Positions 27,299 to 41,200 of a DNA stretch of 64,000 bases are shown one piece after another. The stretch's first letter is position 1, and each line of letters starts with the position of its first letter. Location: assembly GCA_046563655.1 (NCBI GenBank), contig CM102285.1, positions 10,292,001-10,356,000 on the forward strand, in the 5' to 3' direction. The notes below the pieces were generated by a model that was given only the letters and a program-made list of their open reading frames with translations, was not told the origin of the DNA and made no database searches. The DNA is from Yuukianura sp. NJ FZ-2021 (lineage: Eukaryota). A program made the translations under genes and the position numbers.

Positions 27299-30200
27299 GT
27301 TTGTGAAGAATTTGAGTAATATATTCCGAATTTCTTTGTTTCTTCGCACTTTGTTAAATTACAGACCTTCGCTATTTCGCTTTTTGGCAAATTTCCTGTT
27401 TTCTTATTAAATTAAATGAATGGAAATTTTTTTGCAGAATTGTTTTTTAGGAGAAAGAAAAAACTCAAAAAATGGACTAGTGTACAGATTCTAGTGTAGA
27501 ATAAAAATCTAATGCCAGAATTGACTATTCATATTCTAGAATTCTTAAAAGAGCAAATCTTTGAGGAGTGGAAGAACTGCAATTTGCAATTTGCCGTGAA
27601 GTGTAACCTTAATTTGGCAACTAAATAGAATCTCACATTCTTACATCTTACTCCCATTCATAAAATTGGTACAATTTCTAACCATAAAATGAATTGACTA
27701 ATAAATTAAATAGTAAATATCATTTTAAACTATACATTTTTAGTCATGTTTAAACACTGTGATTACGACGAATTGACCATCAGAAGGACTTTAACTGTGA
27801 ATGCATTTTGAGGGCAATGGAGGTTGAATCCTAAAATGGAGTAACACTCACGTCACAATATTTAGAAAAAACTTGGATCCGTTGGCATTGTCCTCTTTCT
27901 CAAATTTGTTGTTTTTCACAAGGTCTTTTTATGTGTGAAAAACCGGGTTTTTTCTTGCAAAAAAAATGCAACAATAATTGCCGTTTCCAACTGATCGTGG
28001 TCATTGTCATCTGCCTTTGTCGTTTTTGTATTCACAAGAAAAACTAGCCTCATTGAGACCCAGAATTTGCAAATGTGGAGCAATACGGTTGCGGTCAACT
28101 TTTGAGCCGAAGGCTCTTCAAAGTGACACTTTGACAACAATAGGAAACAGAATCAGCAAGTTGCAAATCTGTGTGAGATTTGTGCATGTGCACTTTTTTT
28201 GCACATGCTGTGCAGTGCAGGTTTATTTTGAGGCGATGTGCTTTAAAATAGAGACAATGGTAGCGCACTTCCTATGCTAATGAATCTCGCTGTCAAAATT
28301 TCAACTTTGACAATTTCAAGTTCAAATTTTCATGCCAATTTCTTTCAAGTTCAAATTTTCAAAAACAAAGTTCACTTCCCTCTTCGTGTCGGGCGCAATT
28401 TAGGTGAAAGTGTGCAAAATACTAGCAATTCAGCGTCTTCCTATTTAGATAAACTTTCGAGAGATAATTAACTTTGTTTTAGAGTTTCGAAATTTTATAA
28501 TTCGCGGATTTACAGTTTCCTTCTTTGTTTTCTGAAGCACACTTTGCTATTTTTGACTTTTTGTGCCAGTTCAACTGGAATGAAATTTTGCGGTTGTCAC
28601 CCCTTGTTGAAAAGTAGGCTTGGAGGTGCATGCAAAATGTGTTTTACGCGATATTGAATCAAGGTGATACGACTTTTGCACGAAATTTGACGAAAATTAA
28701 CCTCTGAAGAAACAGTTATGAAGTTCAGCTTCAGTCTACGTTTTATACGTGTCACAAATTTCAAAATTCGTTGCGCCCTGGGTTAGACGTTAGCTGCATA
28801 AGTTCCGGCCTCAAACTAACAATTCATCTGCTGCTGTAGCTTGGTGCGGCTTTTCGCATGAATTTTTACCAAAAAATTGTTAATTCTACACTTTCCCATG
28901 TCATATTTTTTCTGTTCCTGTTGAAAAGCCTCCCTGTTTTGTTTTTTGACGAGTGAATGGTGGCGGCTATGCAAAATTCACCGCTATTTTATCGTTTTTC
29001 GTCTGTCTGAGTCTGTCCTAGTAAGTCGTGAATGGTTTAAACAGTGCCTCTTAGGGGAAGAACGTTGTTATTATTTTCCATTGTTATGTTGGGCTATTAA
29101 ACTTATTGCAAATTTAACTGTTAAAAAACTGTTGTTCTGATTCAAATTTCCTCAGCTTGTCGCGTTCGTCGTCACCAAAAACAAACTTCGTGGGAGTTAA
29201 AGTATAAAATAAGGATAGCGCATGTCTTGTCGCCAAATCTTCGACGTTTCCACAAATTCGCAACGCTTAACTGGTTTTTAATTTCAAGATTCCGAGATTG
29301 AAAGAAAGGCAAACTTTGTGAGAAAGAAGTTTAAAAATTCTTAAAATCTGGTCCAAAATCCACCAATTTTTATCTAGTGAATTAAACATTTCACAGACGC
29401 GATTCCAAAGATCATTGGAGCCAAACGAGCATCTCTGTTAAACTTTTGATCAGATTCTAGATTCTGTTTTCTTATTGATCCCATTGGGACGAAGGAATCC
29501 GAACGTTCGGGGCTGTTGTGTTACTTAATGAATGTAGTAAGCTTCATCATCCAAAATAATTATAACGTCTTTCGGCAACATTTCTCGTTTTTTGTTGCTG
29601 TTGTAGGGTACTTGGTTACTGGCGAATCTGGATTTAGAACAGCTAAAGACTTTGATGCAAAAGTAGTGCGTCCGGCATTCCTCCTGCTTAGGTTTAGTTT
29701 TTTGTTCAATCCATGTTCACTTACCCACAACATCTTCTAAGTCATCTTCTTCCATTGTCTCGTAAGATGAACAGCGATGAAGAATAATTGCTAATTGCTA
29801 GGGAGGACAAGTGAAGATGAGCAAATGCAAATCTCCATCCATCTTCATCTTGAATTGAATCTCAGCGTAGTAGCACCTTGGCATTCCTTTGTAAAACTAA
29901 ATGAACAGGAATTGGGCACTTCAAAATTAGGCAGAACCCAATCATTAGCCCTGATCTCAAAGATCTTCAAAAATCAGCAAGCCTTTTAATTACAAAACAA
30001 TTAAAGTGCAAAATCATTTCTTAAGCATCTCGCCCTTCATTTTCCAGAAGTAGCCAACACGAAACTTTGTAATTCACGTGCATCAAACTTTGTAACACTA
30101 ACACATTTGTTGAATGTGTTAAAAAGTTACAATGTTTGTGACAACAAGCGAATCTTCTGGCTGGATTCTTTAGTGTGACATTACATGTTGCTTCTTCCTT

Positions 30201-30510
30201 GCTTCAACTTTACTTCTGTATTTTATGAAAAATAAAATACAAATTGAAAACTGAAACACTTTTTCTTTGAATTAACGAGTTGAGTTTGAGTTAAAAGTTG
30301 ACCAACCGGAACCCATGTAAATCTCTTTCATCTTCATCTTCAATCGAATCTCAACGCAGTGGCATTCCTTTCCCCTTAAAACCAAACTAACAGGATTTAT
30401 GCATTTGTGAATCAGGCAGTACAACAAAACACAAAATTGATCTGATCTGAAAGATTTTCAAACGTCAAAACGATTTTTAATTTCGAAACAATTAAAATTC
30501 AACATCATCC

Positions 30511-30569
30511 TACAAATCTTGTTGCCCTTGATTTTTACAAATCCATGCAACAGAACAACAAGATTTGTA
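30511..30569. repeat. Perfect 14-bp inverted repeat with 31-nt spacer (hairpin)
   Basis: TACAAATCTTGTTG (30511-30524) is the exact reverse complement of CAACAAGATTTGTA (30556-30569). Confidence 0.75.
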
Positions 30570-32113
30570 AATCCTCAAGGGATTTATGTTTTTGTTCCAT
30601 ACAATTGGATTTTTCAGAGAGATTGATGATAAAGCAAATTCTGTTTGTCAAAATTCAAAATTGAAAAGGAAATTTCCAAACCTTTTTTTGCGGCAAGGTA
30701 AATTCCTCGTTGGCTCAAATAGATCTTAATCTGCTGCTTGGAGTGGCTAATTTTCAATTATCATCAGAGATCAAGGCAAGGAACTCCGCCCTATAGAATC
30801 TTACACGCAGAATTTTTAGTGTGAGAAAGTTTATTTAAGGCGTTTAATGTGTTTAATCCCTCAGAAAAATTTTGCACAGTTTGGCTAGCCCAAATTGGCG
30901 CAAGATTTTCCAAATTGTAGATCTTAGATACTCAATTCGCACAGATCAGTTGATGAAAGATAAGTTTAGTCTTGCTTTTAAATCAAGATGAAGCTTATGA
31001 GATCGTTTTGTCTAAAATTGGCCAGCCAAGAGGGAGGGAAGGAGTTTGTACCAAGATTAACCTAGTTAAATTTCAGCCTGTTTAATTCTAACTTGAGATT
31101 ACGTTTGAATTTAAATAGGAAGATAAATTAATTGGATCTGGTCAACACTTAAATAAATTTGCAAGCCAACGCCCTCACATAATTCACAAATTGCAAATTG
31201 TAAGGCAAGAGGTCAATGGGATCAAATCTGCAACTTTTTTTTGTAAAACTAATTCCAATCCTTGAGTGCTAAAATGGATCCAGTCTATACAGTTCAATTT
31301 ACTGTTAGTTACCCAATAGTCAATTGCATTCGAACGCCAAAACCAGAATGTAAAAACGAAAATCAACAACAACATTGCTCCAATTCCTTGTCATCTTTTG
31401 AGGTAATCGATTTTAATAGTGAATTAGCCATTACCATTAGCAGATCACAATAAGTGCTTCAGAAAACGCTGGCCTTGATGCTTCTACTTTTTTTTGTATT
31501 CTTGCTTTTGCTGGTCTTTGCTGTAACAATTGCAATTGCAATTCCATTTACCAACAATTCAAATCATAAATCAATCTCATAAATTGAAAAATTTATAAGA
31601 TGGGGACTCCTGTCCTCGAATCTTTTGTGAACACAAAAAAGAGAAGTTTTTGTAAAGATTGAAATCTGGATCGAGCGGTGTAGGCTTTTCAAAAGTATCA
31701 GTAAATCAAAGAGACAAAAGGAATCACTGACATGGAAGATTTTTATAATGTACAAAAAATGTCACTGGAGATGCAATTTGTCTTATTTAGTTCTACAACG
31801 CACCGCTCACGCACGTTTTCCCTTATGCGTTTGGTTTTTTATTGCAATAACTCCTGACGTAGACAGATTAATTGCGGAATTTAAACAGTTTTTGCTGGGA
31901 TTTTTAGCTTTGAGATATTTTGCAAGATTTGATACAATTGGACACGTTGCGGAGCTTATGGTGGCTTTACCTCCCGCTTTCTTGCTGCCTGCCGCCGTAG
32001 TTGTCGTGATGACTCCATTTTATCTTGCCAAGAGGTTCATGACACCTTCAAAAATCAAGTGCGTGTTTCAAGTGCAAAATCTTTTTTAGTGCATTTTAAA
32101 AGACAGAAGCCTT

Positions 32114-32300
32114 AAATTTCCGGATTTTCAAAAAAAAATGAGCCAGGACGTGATTTATTTTGAATTTTTAAACGAACTTGGTTTATGAAATTCCGCTTCC
32201 TTGAACGCATCGTGATTTAAAATCCCGAAATACTAAAAATGAGTCTTTTTGAACAAAAAACGAGTTATTTTCTGTACTCAGTTTTGAAAACCCGGAATTT
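32114..32300. mobile_element. Possible MITE-like remnant with imperfect ~19-bp terminal inverted repeats
   Basis: AAATTTCCGGATTTTCAAAA (32114-32133) versus TTTTGAAAACCCGGAATTT (32282-32300): one mismatch and one indel. The interior is non-coding and no clear target-site duplication was seen. Confidence 0.3.
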
Positions 32301-35231
32301 CCTCATTTTTTTCTCATGTTGTTCGACATTAGTGACAGGAATTGAACAGTTTTGTGTAATAGGGAGGGTTGTTATGCAATTTTAGTGCAGCTCTTGCACA
32401 TGACTAAAAGTTGTGCGAAACCTGGGAACCCTCCACGACCGATTCCTATTGTTTTGTTAAGTTTAATTGCGGGGGTATCCTTGCGGGATGTGGCATAATT
32501 GGCCCACTCGTGTGGGTATCCCATACCTTGCATTCGTGTATTGTTCCCATCATACTTAAAAAGCTTCCTTTTCATCCCCCGTATTTCGTCGACCTTTTAT
32601 TACAAACGAACAACATCAACGTTTCATCCCCCTCATGGTTGAAGTAGTTGGATCGCGAATTTACCAAGCTCCAAATGCTAATCTACCATCCACATCAACC
32701 ACCTTTTCCATAGGAAGTCAGTTTCAGTTTCGTTTCAAACTTCAGTCAAGAACGTCAACAACAAATTGAAAAGCACATTCAAAATTTCAAAGTTCAATTC
32801 TTTTGTTTTGAAAAGAAGTTCAGGAAATACTGGAGTGTTTGAAAGTTGCCGGAAGATTCGTGACGCACGTGGAAGTGAATTGATCTTAAGTGTCAATTAA
32901 AAGTGGCGTGGCTTTGATTGAAACTGACCTCACAAGTATACATTAGTTGATTACTGTAGACAATTGCATGCCCTTCTGTGTTAATTAAAGGTGTTAATGA
33001 GTCATAATCAGATTAAACACTCGAGAAATCTTAGGAGGAGGAAATCAAGCCTGCCCTAGGGGTGAAAGTCCAAACTGGAAACTCATTTTAATGAGTCAGT
33101 GGTAATACGCTGCGAATTTTTCGGTGAGACAACAGTTTAACCTTCAAAACTTTTTTTTGCTAAGTTTCTCAAAATTTTTGCAAAATTTCCAGTTTAACGG
33201 CATAATTTCATACGAATTTAGAATTAGCATACGGCCACACGAGTAAACTCAAACTAAACTTTTAGTCCATTTTTCAAAAGCACAAGAAAAAATGTTCAAT
33301 GATGTTTTTTGAATCTGTGTTTTTCAAGCTCAAAGTATGTTTTTCAATACAGAGTAAATGACCTCGCCTAAAAATTCGAATTACGTTGAGGACTTGTGGA
33401 AAACAGAAAGTAAAAAAATTCTCAGATTGTTTATTTTCAATAATCCTGTAAAACCACATTCAACATTGACAAAATCCGGAAGCAGAAGATGAAATCGAAA
33501 GGAAGGAGGCATTTGTACCTTCAAAGTTATGAAGATGCACTAAAAAGTTAGCCCGAAATTTTTGTCGTGTTTCTTGCTCTTTGAGATGCTCCAAACGTCT
33601 TAAAAATTTTGACAAAATACACGTACGAGTTTCTAAGTGTTTCTTATCCGCTCTTTTGTCGGCTAAAAGGAAATGAATTTGAAAAACCGTCAGTGTTTTG
33701 AAAAAAAAATAGAGATGGTCACAGTTAGTAGATTCAATTTCCATTCTTTGAGTACAAACCAATTGAAGTCAATAATGTTGGTACTTAAAATCGGAACCAC
33801 TATTTTTTTTACTCTGCAAATGACTAAAAAAAATGATACGATGTTCCCAATTCATAACGTGCTTTACTAAAGTAAATATTGCCAAACAAGACACGCGATT
33901 TGTTTTTAGAATTCACAGTCTCATGTGAAGATACTAACCCACTAGTGGATTTTTATTAAGGAAATGAAACAACCCCTGCCCTGTCAAAAATGCAGGTTAT
34001 ATCAACAATGTTCTTAAAAAATTGTGAATTAACAGTCTGTTTCTGCGAATATTTCCAAATTTTATACAGTTCTTACTGTGAAAGTCAACTTGAGTTTTAA
34101 ATAAAACTGATGATATCGCTTATGATTTTCATTTTACAAAAATCTTAACAACATCATATTTTCTTTGAGTGAGTGATATTTCCCTGCTGAATTTTAATTA
34201 AGAATTCAATTAAACTTTAATAATGAATAATTTTCAGTTTAATTAACACATTAGGTCACGGAATAAGTTTACGACTTGATTGTTCAATTAAAGGATGGAA
34301 AAACTACAGTTTTAATTGACAAAAACACTTCTGACACTTCTAGTGTTCCCCTACTCTTCCTATAGTTCAACTTACTTTGTAACAAACTCAAATTGGTTTA
34401 TAATTGAAAAAAGAAACAACAATAGAAGTAATATTTTTTTCCATTATTGACGATTTCCATTGTTCTTCTTAAAGAGCAGAAGCCAATAGGCTCAACAATC
34501 CTGATTGATCACTTTGATAACTAAATTTCTCAGGGAATTGGAACAGAGACACGCCTTTTCCTTTACAGAAATTGCAAAATTGTTCGATTGTTCAAAGGCA
34601 TTTGGCTTTCCTGAGGTTTTAAAATTTTAGATTTAAATTAGGATTAAGCAAAGAAAGGTATAACGTTACGTTGCAAAAATCCTGTTTCGCCAAGGTACAA
34701 TTTGGAATGTCACCGTAGCTGAAATGTTTCATAGGAAGGATGCGTCAAAAGGAATTAAATATGATGTAATTGATTCCTTCGCATGTAAGCAATTTACTTT
34801 TGTTCTAGTTTGAGATGTGACACGTCCACTGTCAAACTTGTGACATGTCAACCTTTCATGAAAAGAAGACAGCGTCTCATTCCCTTTAAAATACAGTATG
34901 AAAACTGCATTCTTTTGAGATCTAATTACGCAATGCAATCCGTGAGCATTCCGTACAAGGATTAGTCTGCGAATTTTGACTTTTACTTTTCACTGCATCA
35001 AGATATGACTATCTCCCTCTACCACTAAATTAGCTCGAGCTTTTTTGTTATAGTGAAGACCTTGAATTTTGGAATGAAATTCAGCGTCGTGATGTTCATA
35101 ATTAACAAGGTTGATTTATGATGCAGTAGATGTTTTTGAAATCGTTATTTAAATTAAAACTGAAATTGGAAGGTCCTGAATTGCCTAAAATTAATTTTGA
35201 TGACTTTCCTTTTCCTTTTGCTTTCTTCCAG

Positions 35232-38200
35232 GGAATTGAGCAGCAACTGAAAAAATCAGCTCAAGCCAACAATGGAACTGCTACAAATGGACTCCTTGGT
35301 AGATTTCTAAAACTAGGGAAATCTAAGAGTGATGTCCACACTTCAAACTACGTCAAGCGCAGAAGTAGTGGTGGAAATGAATTGGAAGATGACTTTGTTC
35401 TAGCTCCAGTTCAGTTGCGCGGAGTTGAGAAAATGGTACATCGGTCCAACACCACCAAAAAAGATAATGTGTCAAGGTCACACTCTTGGATCTACGGGTC
35501 AGTCAAACTTCCATCGGATCTTCCTGCTGGTTATGGCTATGAGTCTGGAGCTCAGAGTCGAAGAACGCCAAGTCCGAGTCCTCTGATTGGTCCAAGTCCG
35601 CATCAAGGTAATGACGGAAGTCTACAAGAAGATGTGTACTCAAGTACCCCTCAGATGATTCCAAGGTGCCAACAAGGGATGAGTGACTTCTATACTTGTT
35701 CCTGCGACTACTACAACTACCTTAACCCCAATGCCCCTCCAGGTCAACATCTTCTACCATCCAAGGGTCCTTGCAGATTCTGCCAGACACAACTAGTCCT
35801 AGGTTCGAATCCGGCTTCCGGAATCCGGAAGTTGACGCCACAGCAATTACAGGGCCTCAACCCTACGGACTCCAAGAAATTTGCCAGTAGCGTGAGAAAA
35901 TTAACATGGAAGAGCTTGAAACAAGCTGTGAAAAAGAGGCCGAGTCTTGATTCCATTATTACAGGAGGTCCAAGTACAACTTCTAAAAAGGCGGAAGTAA
36001 TTGGCTCATCATCTGTTGTAGGGAATTATGCTGCAGACGATTTTTTGTATTCTCCCACCACCAACTACTTTTTTCCGGAAAAGAAAAATAGTAATTTCTA
36101 TGCCAGTTGCACCGACTTGGTTAGTACCAGCGACTCCCAACATGTCACGGCTTCCGTACGCCTTCGGCCGAAACGTTCTCGTCCAACATGGAACTTTCCG
36201 AATGAGTTTGGCCCTGTTCCAAATTATGCTGCTCAGGAAGAGCAGGGAGGCATGTACCACTCGGAATGGGACTTGCGTCAATGTGCCATGCCCTATGAAC
36301 AATGGTTGACCACTACTGGGAGTAGCAGTGGTTCTTCGAGTTCATATCAAGGTCATCAGTTCCTGGATGATCTTTTCTCAAGTCCCGTAAGTAATGTTAA
36401 AATCCGAAGTTACAGTAACAGTCAAAACAAAAACAAGGTGAACAAACCTAGCAGTGGTGCAGAGACTAGTAAAACAATTGGAGGAGTGAGTAACAATGGG
36501 AGCTGTAACGGGATGCAGACAAGTACAACTAATGGAAATCCTTCAAAATCCGCGTCAGCTTTGGATATGTATACAAATGGAGGCGTCAAACGATTTAGCA
36601 TTTTACACAACGAAGCAACTGCGTACCAACTTAACAAAAATGAACAAGATGAACGTGAGTTAGATAGTGACGAAGCGTCGGATGACGGAGGTCATGTGAT
36701 TTTGTCTGATGACCCCGTGAGAATAGCTGGTCAAGGAATTTTTATGGTTGGAGGGTCAAGTGGAAACAAAGTCACAAGAAGCAATTCAACATCATCAGCC
36801 AAATACAAAAACCCAACATCATTTGGTAGTAGTAAAGGAAATCATCAACATCATCTTCTTCTCAGCTCAAATCGATCAGAAGCTGATGGAATTTGGTCTG
36901 ATACGCAAGTAATTGATGAACATCCTATTCGAAATAAGATTCAAGGAGAACAGAACAACAATCGACTCTCGGTGACCTCCGAGGGCAAAGATGATCAAAA
37001 TGTGATGAAAACTTTTATGCAACCGCAGACAAAGGTCAATGACCTTCAGGCGACAAGGATAATCGAAAATGGTTTCAAAAGTAAACCCGAAGTGAAAGTT
37101 CAAAAACATGGAGAAAGTTTCACAAAAACTGAAACTTCATCAACAAAAAATGGGATAAAATCTGTTGCTGCTGCTGGAAAGCGTTCTGAGCCTGAAAATA
37201 AATACGGAGCTTTACGACGTCGGCGCCTGCGCGTTCCAACGGATTCTCGCGGCGGGAAAACAAATCTTCTGCGTGAAACGATTTATGAAGAAGACAGCGA
37301 AGTTCTGGAACCTTCTGATGAAATGCACGCCGTCAAAATTATGGTTTCCCAATCCAATGGAAACAGTGCCGGAGAATATGTTAAACCAATTCTAAAAACC
37401 CGAATTACAAATGGCGGGAGTACAGACGGAAATGGCGACATTTGTCACTTGGATGAAATTTATGACGAAACTTCCTCTTCCAGGTCACCTCGTAAAGTTC
37501 AATTTAATAATTCCAGGGAAGAAATTGTCATCAGTCAAAGTAGTTCTAGTGGAAGTGGAACAGGTGAATCTGAAAGTAATTCTGAAGGAGATGAGGAAGA
37601 TGATGAAGATGTTGCAAGTCGCAGTGACAGTAGTGCTGATCGTCTTGGACATTTTAGTGACCGTCACGACAAAAGTTGTGGATCTGAAACAAAAAGTGGT
37701 CAGAATCAACTACCGGCACGGGAAGAGATTCCTATCGAACAAGTGACTCTTCCGTCGTCACTTCATCATAACCATGTAATTCCACCTTCATCATCAATCC
37801 ATCATCCACAGAAGCAAATCCAAACTTTATCTTCATCACATGAGCAACTTCCGCAGTATCACCGACAAAGAAATGGCAACTTGGAAAACGATGTCAACAA
37901 CCTTGAGAGTTTAGGGCCCAAGCAAGTCAAGCAAAATCAACCAAATTCGATGATCAAAACCAACAACGGATCAGCTTCTGTCTCTTCTGCGGTGGCATCC
38001 AAACGGAAACCGACTGAATCCGGAACAAAGCCAAGGAGTCAAGCTCCTATGGCCATAGATGAGAAGATGATTTTGTCAAAATTGAAGCGAATGCAAAATT
38101 CCAAAGCAGAACGAATTGGTCCAAGTACTGGCAACGACAGTCAATTGTTGCCTGGAAACAACAAAGGTAAAGAACTTTTTTCTTATTCTTTTAAGTTTAG

Positions 38201-41200
38201 CAATTCCACCTGCCGACAAACAGTTTTTCATTGTATTTCCTTATACGAAAGGCTTAAAATTGTAGAAATCAGGAGTAAATTGCATAAAATGATGATGCAA
38301 TGTAGTAAAAATAGCTCAAGCGTTACGCTTTCAAAAATACAATGCATAAATTTTGAACTCCGTCCATGTTAAGAGTTTGAAGTTTCATCATAAAAATTTG
38401 TAACGACCCAGGTTCATTATGCCAAAACTTTTTCGTCCCGGGGGAAGAAAGAAGCTTAAGTTTTTTGTGAGATAAAAATTTAATGCAGAAGAATTTGGCA
38501 GAAAAAAAAATCTGGATTTTGAAAGGAAAATTAAAGCGTAACGTCAAGGTCTTCTGTAGCGTTTTTGTTTACTGATTGCATGCTGATCAAGTTGCAAATT
38601 GGTACAGATCTGAGACAAATCATTAGCAGTATAATTTGTGGTTTCGGACTATAAAGTACACAACGCTCCACACTTCCCTCTCACCTTGAACATTTAATTG
38701 AAAATTTTTGTAGGTTTATATAAAATTTACGAGTTGCTAATGATGTGGCTTTTTCAAATATCAGATTGGTAGTCATTTCATTTTTCCTCAACACGCCTAC
38801 AGTGCTGTTAAATTTTAAACTAAAACGCGAAATTCGTTTCCAGTAAGAGGCGTTTGACTTAAATTACCTTGAAACTTACAATCAAGTAGCTGAAAAGCTA
38901 AAAAATTACCCGCAATCAACAAACTGGTGTCTCAATTTCACTTCAATCAAAGCAAGGTTCAGAATGTTCAATACTAAAATCGTCGGAAAAGCTGAAGCTA
39001 TGCGAGCTGAAAACAATTTCGGTTGAAATGCTGGAATTGCAGTTCAAATATTTTATATTTCGCAGTAGGTCGAAAACTGAACTGCCTTCTCAATTTTCGA
39101 AAATATGAAAATTTGAATTTTTAAAAAGCATATCAACCGCATAGTTTTTTCTTAAACAAAGCATGCCGACGAATTTCTCACTGTCAGTTTAAAATATTTG
39201 ATGACATAGTTTCTCTCTCACTTCGATTTAACAAACGCATGCAATTCATAACTTATTTTATATTTTCTCTCCATTTTTTTTGCGGAACGCAAAAGATTTT
39301 GAGCAAATGAACTATTGACTCTGATCTGTCGATTGAATCTCTGCAGCATCACAAGTGCCCTTCTGACACATTTTCCAATTCATTAAGATCCATTATTAAT
39401 CTTGGGTGGGGGTGGCTGTCAAAACCCGTTGGTTATGGTGGACCATTCCCAATTTCGTGGCTCAGCCCCACCACGACTTTGTCTAATTTTGCTCCTCCAT
39501 CACTCACTCTCAATTCGTTTTCATATTGTTAACTAGACGTATAAAACCTATCAACTTATGTCCAAAATTGGGAGTAAGGAAGTTTTGCAAGAAATAAGAA
39601 AGCCTAGGCTATGGATTGAGCGAATTGTTCAGTTTTGCACTGTACAATTATCTCAAGATCTTCTGGATATACCTCCTCTTTAGATTTCCTAATTATTATC
39701 TTCAAACACCGTTGGAATCGTGATTCATTTTAATTGTACACTGTTTGCCCATGTATCTCCTCTTTGTGATGAACAAAGAAGCCCCTTTAAACCTAGATCT
39801 CATGTATGTAATGACCTCAAATTGGATTCGCGATTGTTGTGTCAAAATTGCACGCAATGAAGTCTTCTCCCTTGTTGATCAGGATTCTGTCAAACCCACA
39901 ATAAATTTCCAATTACGCTTTTCAATTTGCGAAATTCTTAAAACTTGAAAGGGGGCTGCCATTGTTGTGAGTTACCGAAATTTCAAATTATTTAACCAAG
40001 GGACTCGTGTATAGGCTACGGAGTTTGATTTTCAATTTGCAGCCAAATGAAGGACTTAAAAAAGGAGAAAGCAGCATGTTTTTTCATGACATGTTGGGAA
40101 TAAAAGGAAACATGACACGAGATCAAACAATGCAAAAATAAAAGTTTCCCTGAAAGGAGATGGATGTAGGTTAAAAAAAAGTGAGTGTAGAGGGAACTTA
40201 ATAAGAAAGTGTGAGTGTTTATTTCCTTTTATACCGAAAAGTAATCAAATTTCAATAAACATTATAATAATGCAAGACGGCAATTCTGTAAGAATAAAAG
40301 AGAGACACGTTTGTTTGCACAAAATTTTTATAATAAAGTGAAAGTAAATTTAAAATCATGCATTGCCTAAAAATGCATCCTCACTCTTGTGGATTGAAAA
40401 TTTGGTTTATGGTGTAGTAAAAATCTTTGAAAATGGTTTAGCCAAAAAATTTCGAAATAGGGCCTCCCCTCTAGTATTTACGAATTAGTTATAATATATT
40501 TATGATACATAATTAAATTTTAATTTTTTTTAAAACAGAATCGCAGAATACTGTAAATCGGAACTCACTTCTATTCAATGACACTACGAGAATTCGGCTG
40601 CAGACGCGACCATCACTTGAAAACACTTTCCAGCACGAGTCCAATGGAAAGATGACTGTTCAAACAAATGGAACTGGCTCTTCAATTAGAAAAGTTCGAC
40701 CATCGCAGTCGTTTCGAACAATCACAACGACTTCTGGTGGAGCCCTTCGACCCAAAGAGCCACCACCGCCCCCACCCAGAATCAGTTCCGCTCCACCTCC
40801 ACCTCCACCACGCTCCCCACCCACCACACGAACCAATAAATCACACATATCCCTTCCAATGCCAAACCTTGGTTTCTCAACGACTAATGATTTGGTCAAC
40901 CTCCATTCCAAGGAAAACCCTGCATCTTCAAATAGTCATTACCAAAATACTGCTAGTGCCATTTTTAGAAAACATAAAAGTAAAAGTCTGGAAGAGAAAG
41001 GTGAAACTTCAGAGAAAACGCGCCTTAGTCAGCAAGCATTGGCAGGAAATGCGTCATCAGAAGTCAAGCCACTGAGAACCAATGACTCCTCGACAACGAT
41101 TGGTCCAGAACGGGCTCTTCCGGAGAAGCCCAACGACGCATCTCAGAACATTGAAATTGTCACTAGAGAAAATTCAGTGTCCGAAATTCGGATTTACTCA

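Noticed and set aside
31748..32089. 113-aa hydrophobic ORF in the RhoGEF intron
   Set aside because: No recognisable domain or convincing splice signals; length is within chance range.
35801..35813. GGTTCGAATCC, tRNA T-loop / B-box-like
   Set aside because: Lies inside the large RhoGEF coding exon, and no cloverleaf can be formed.
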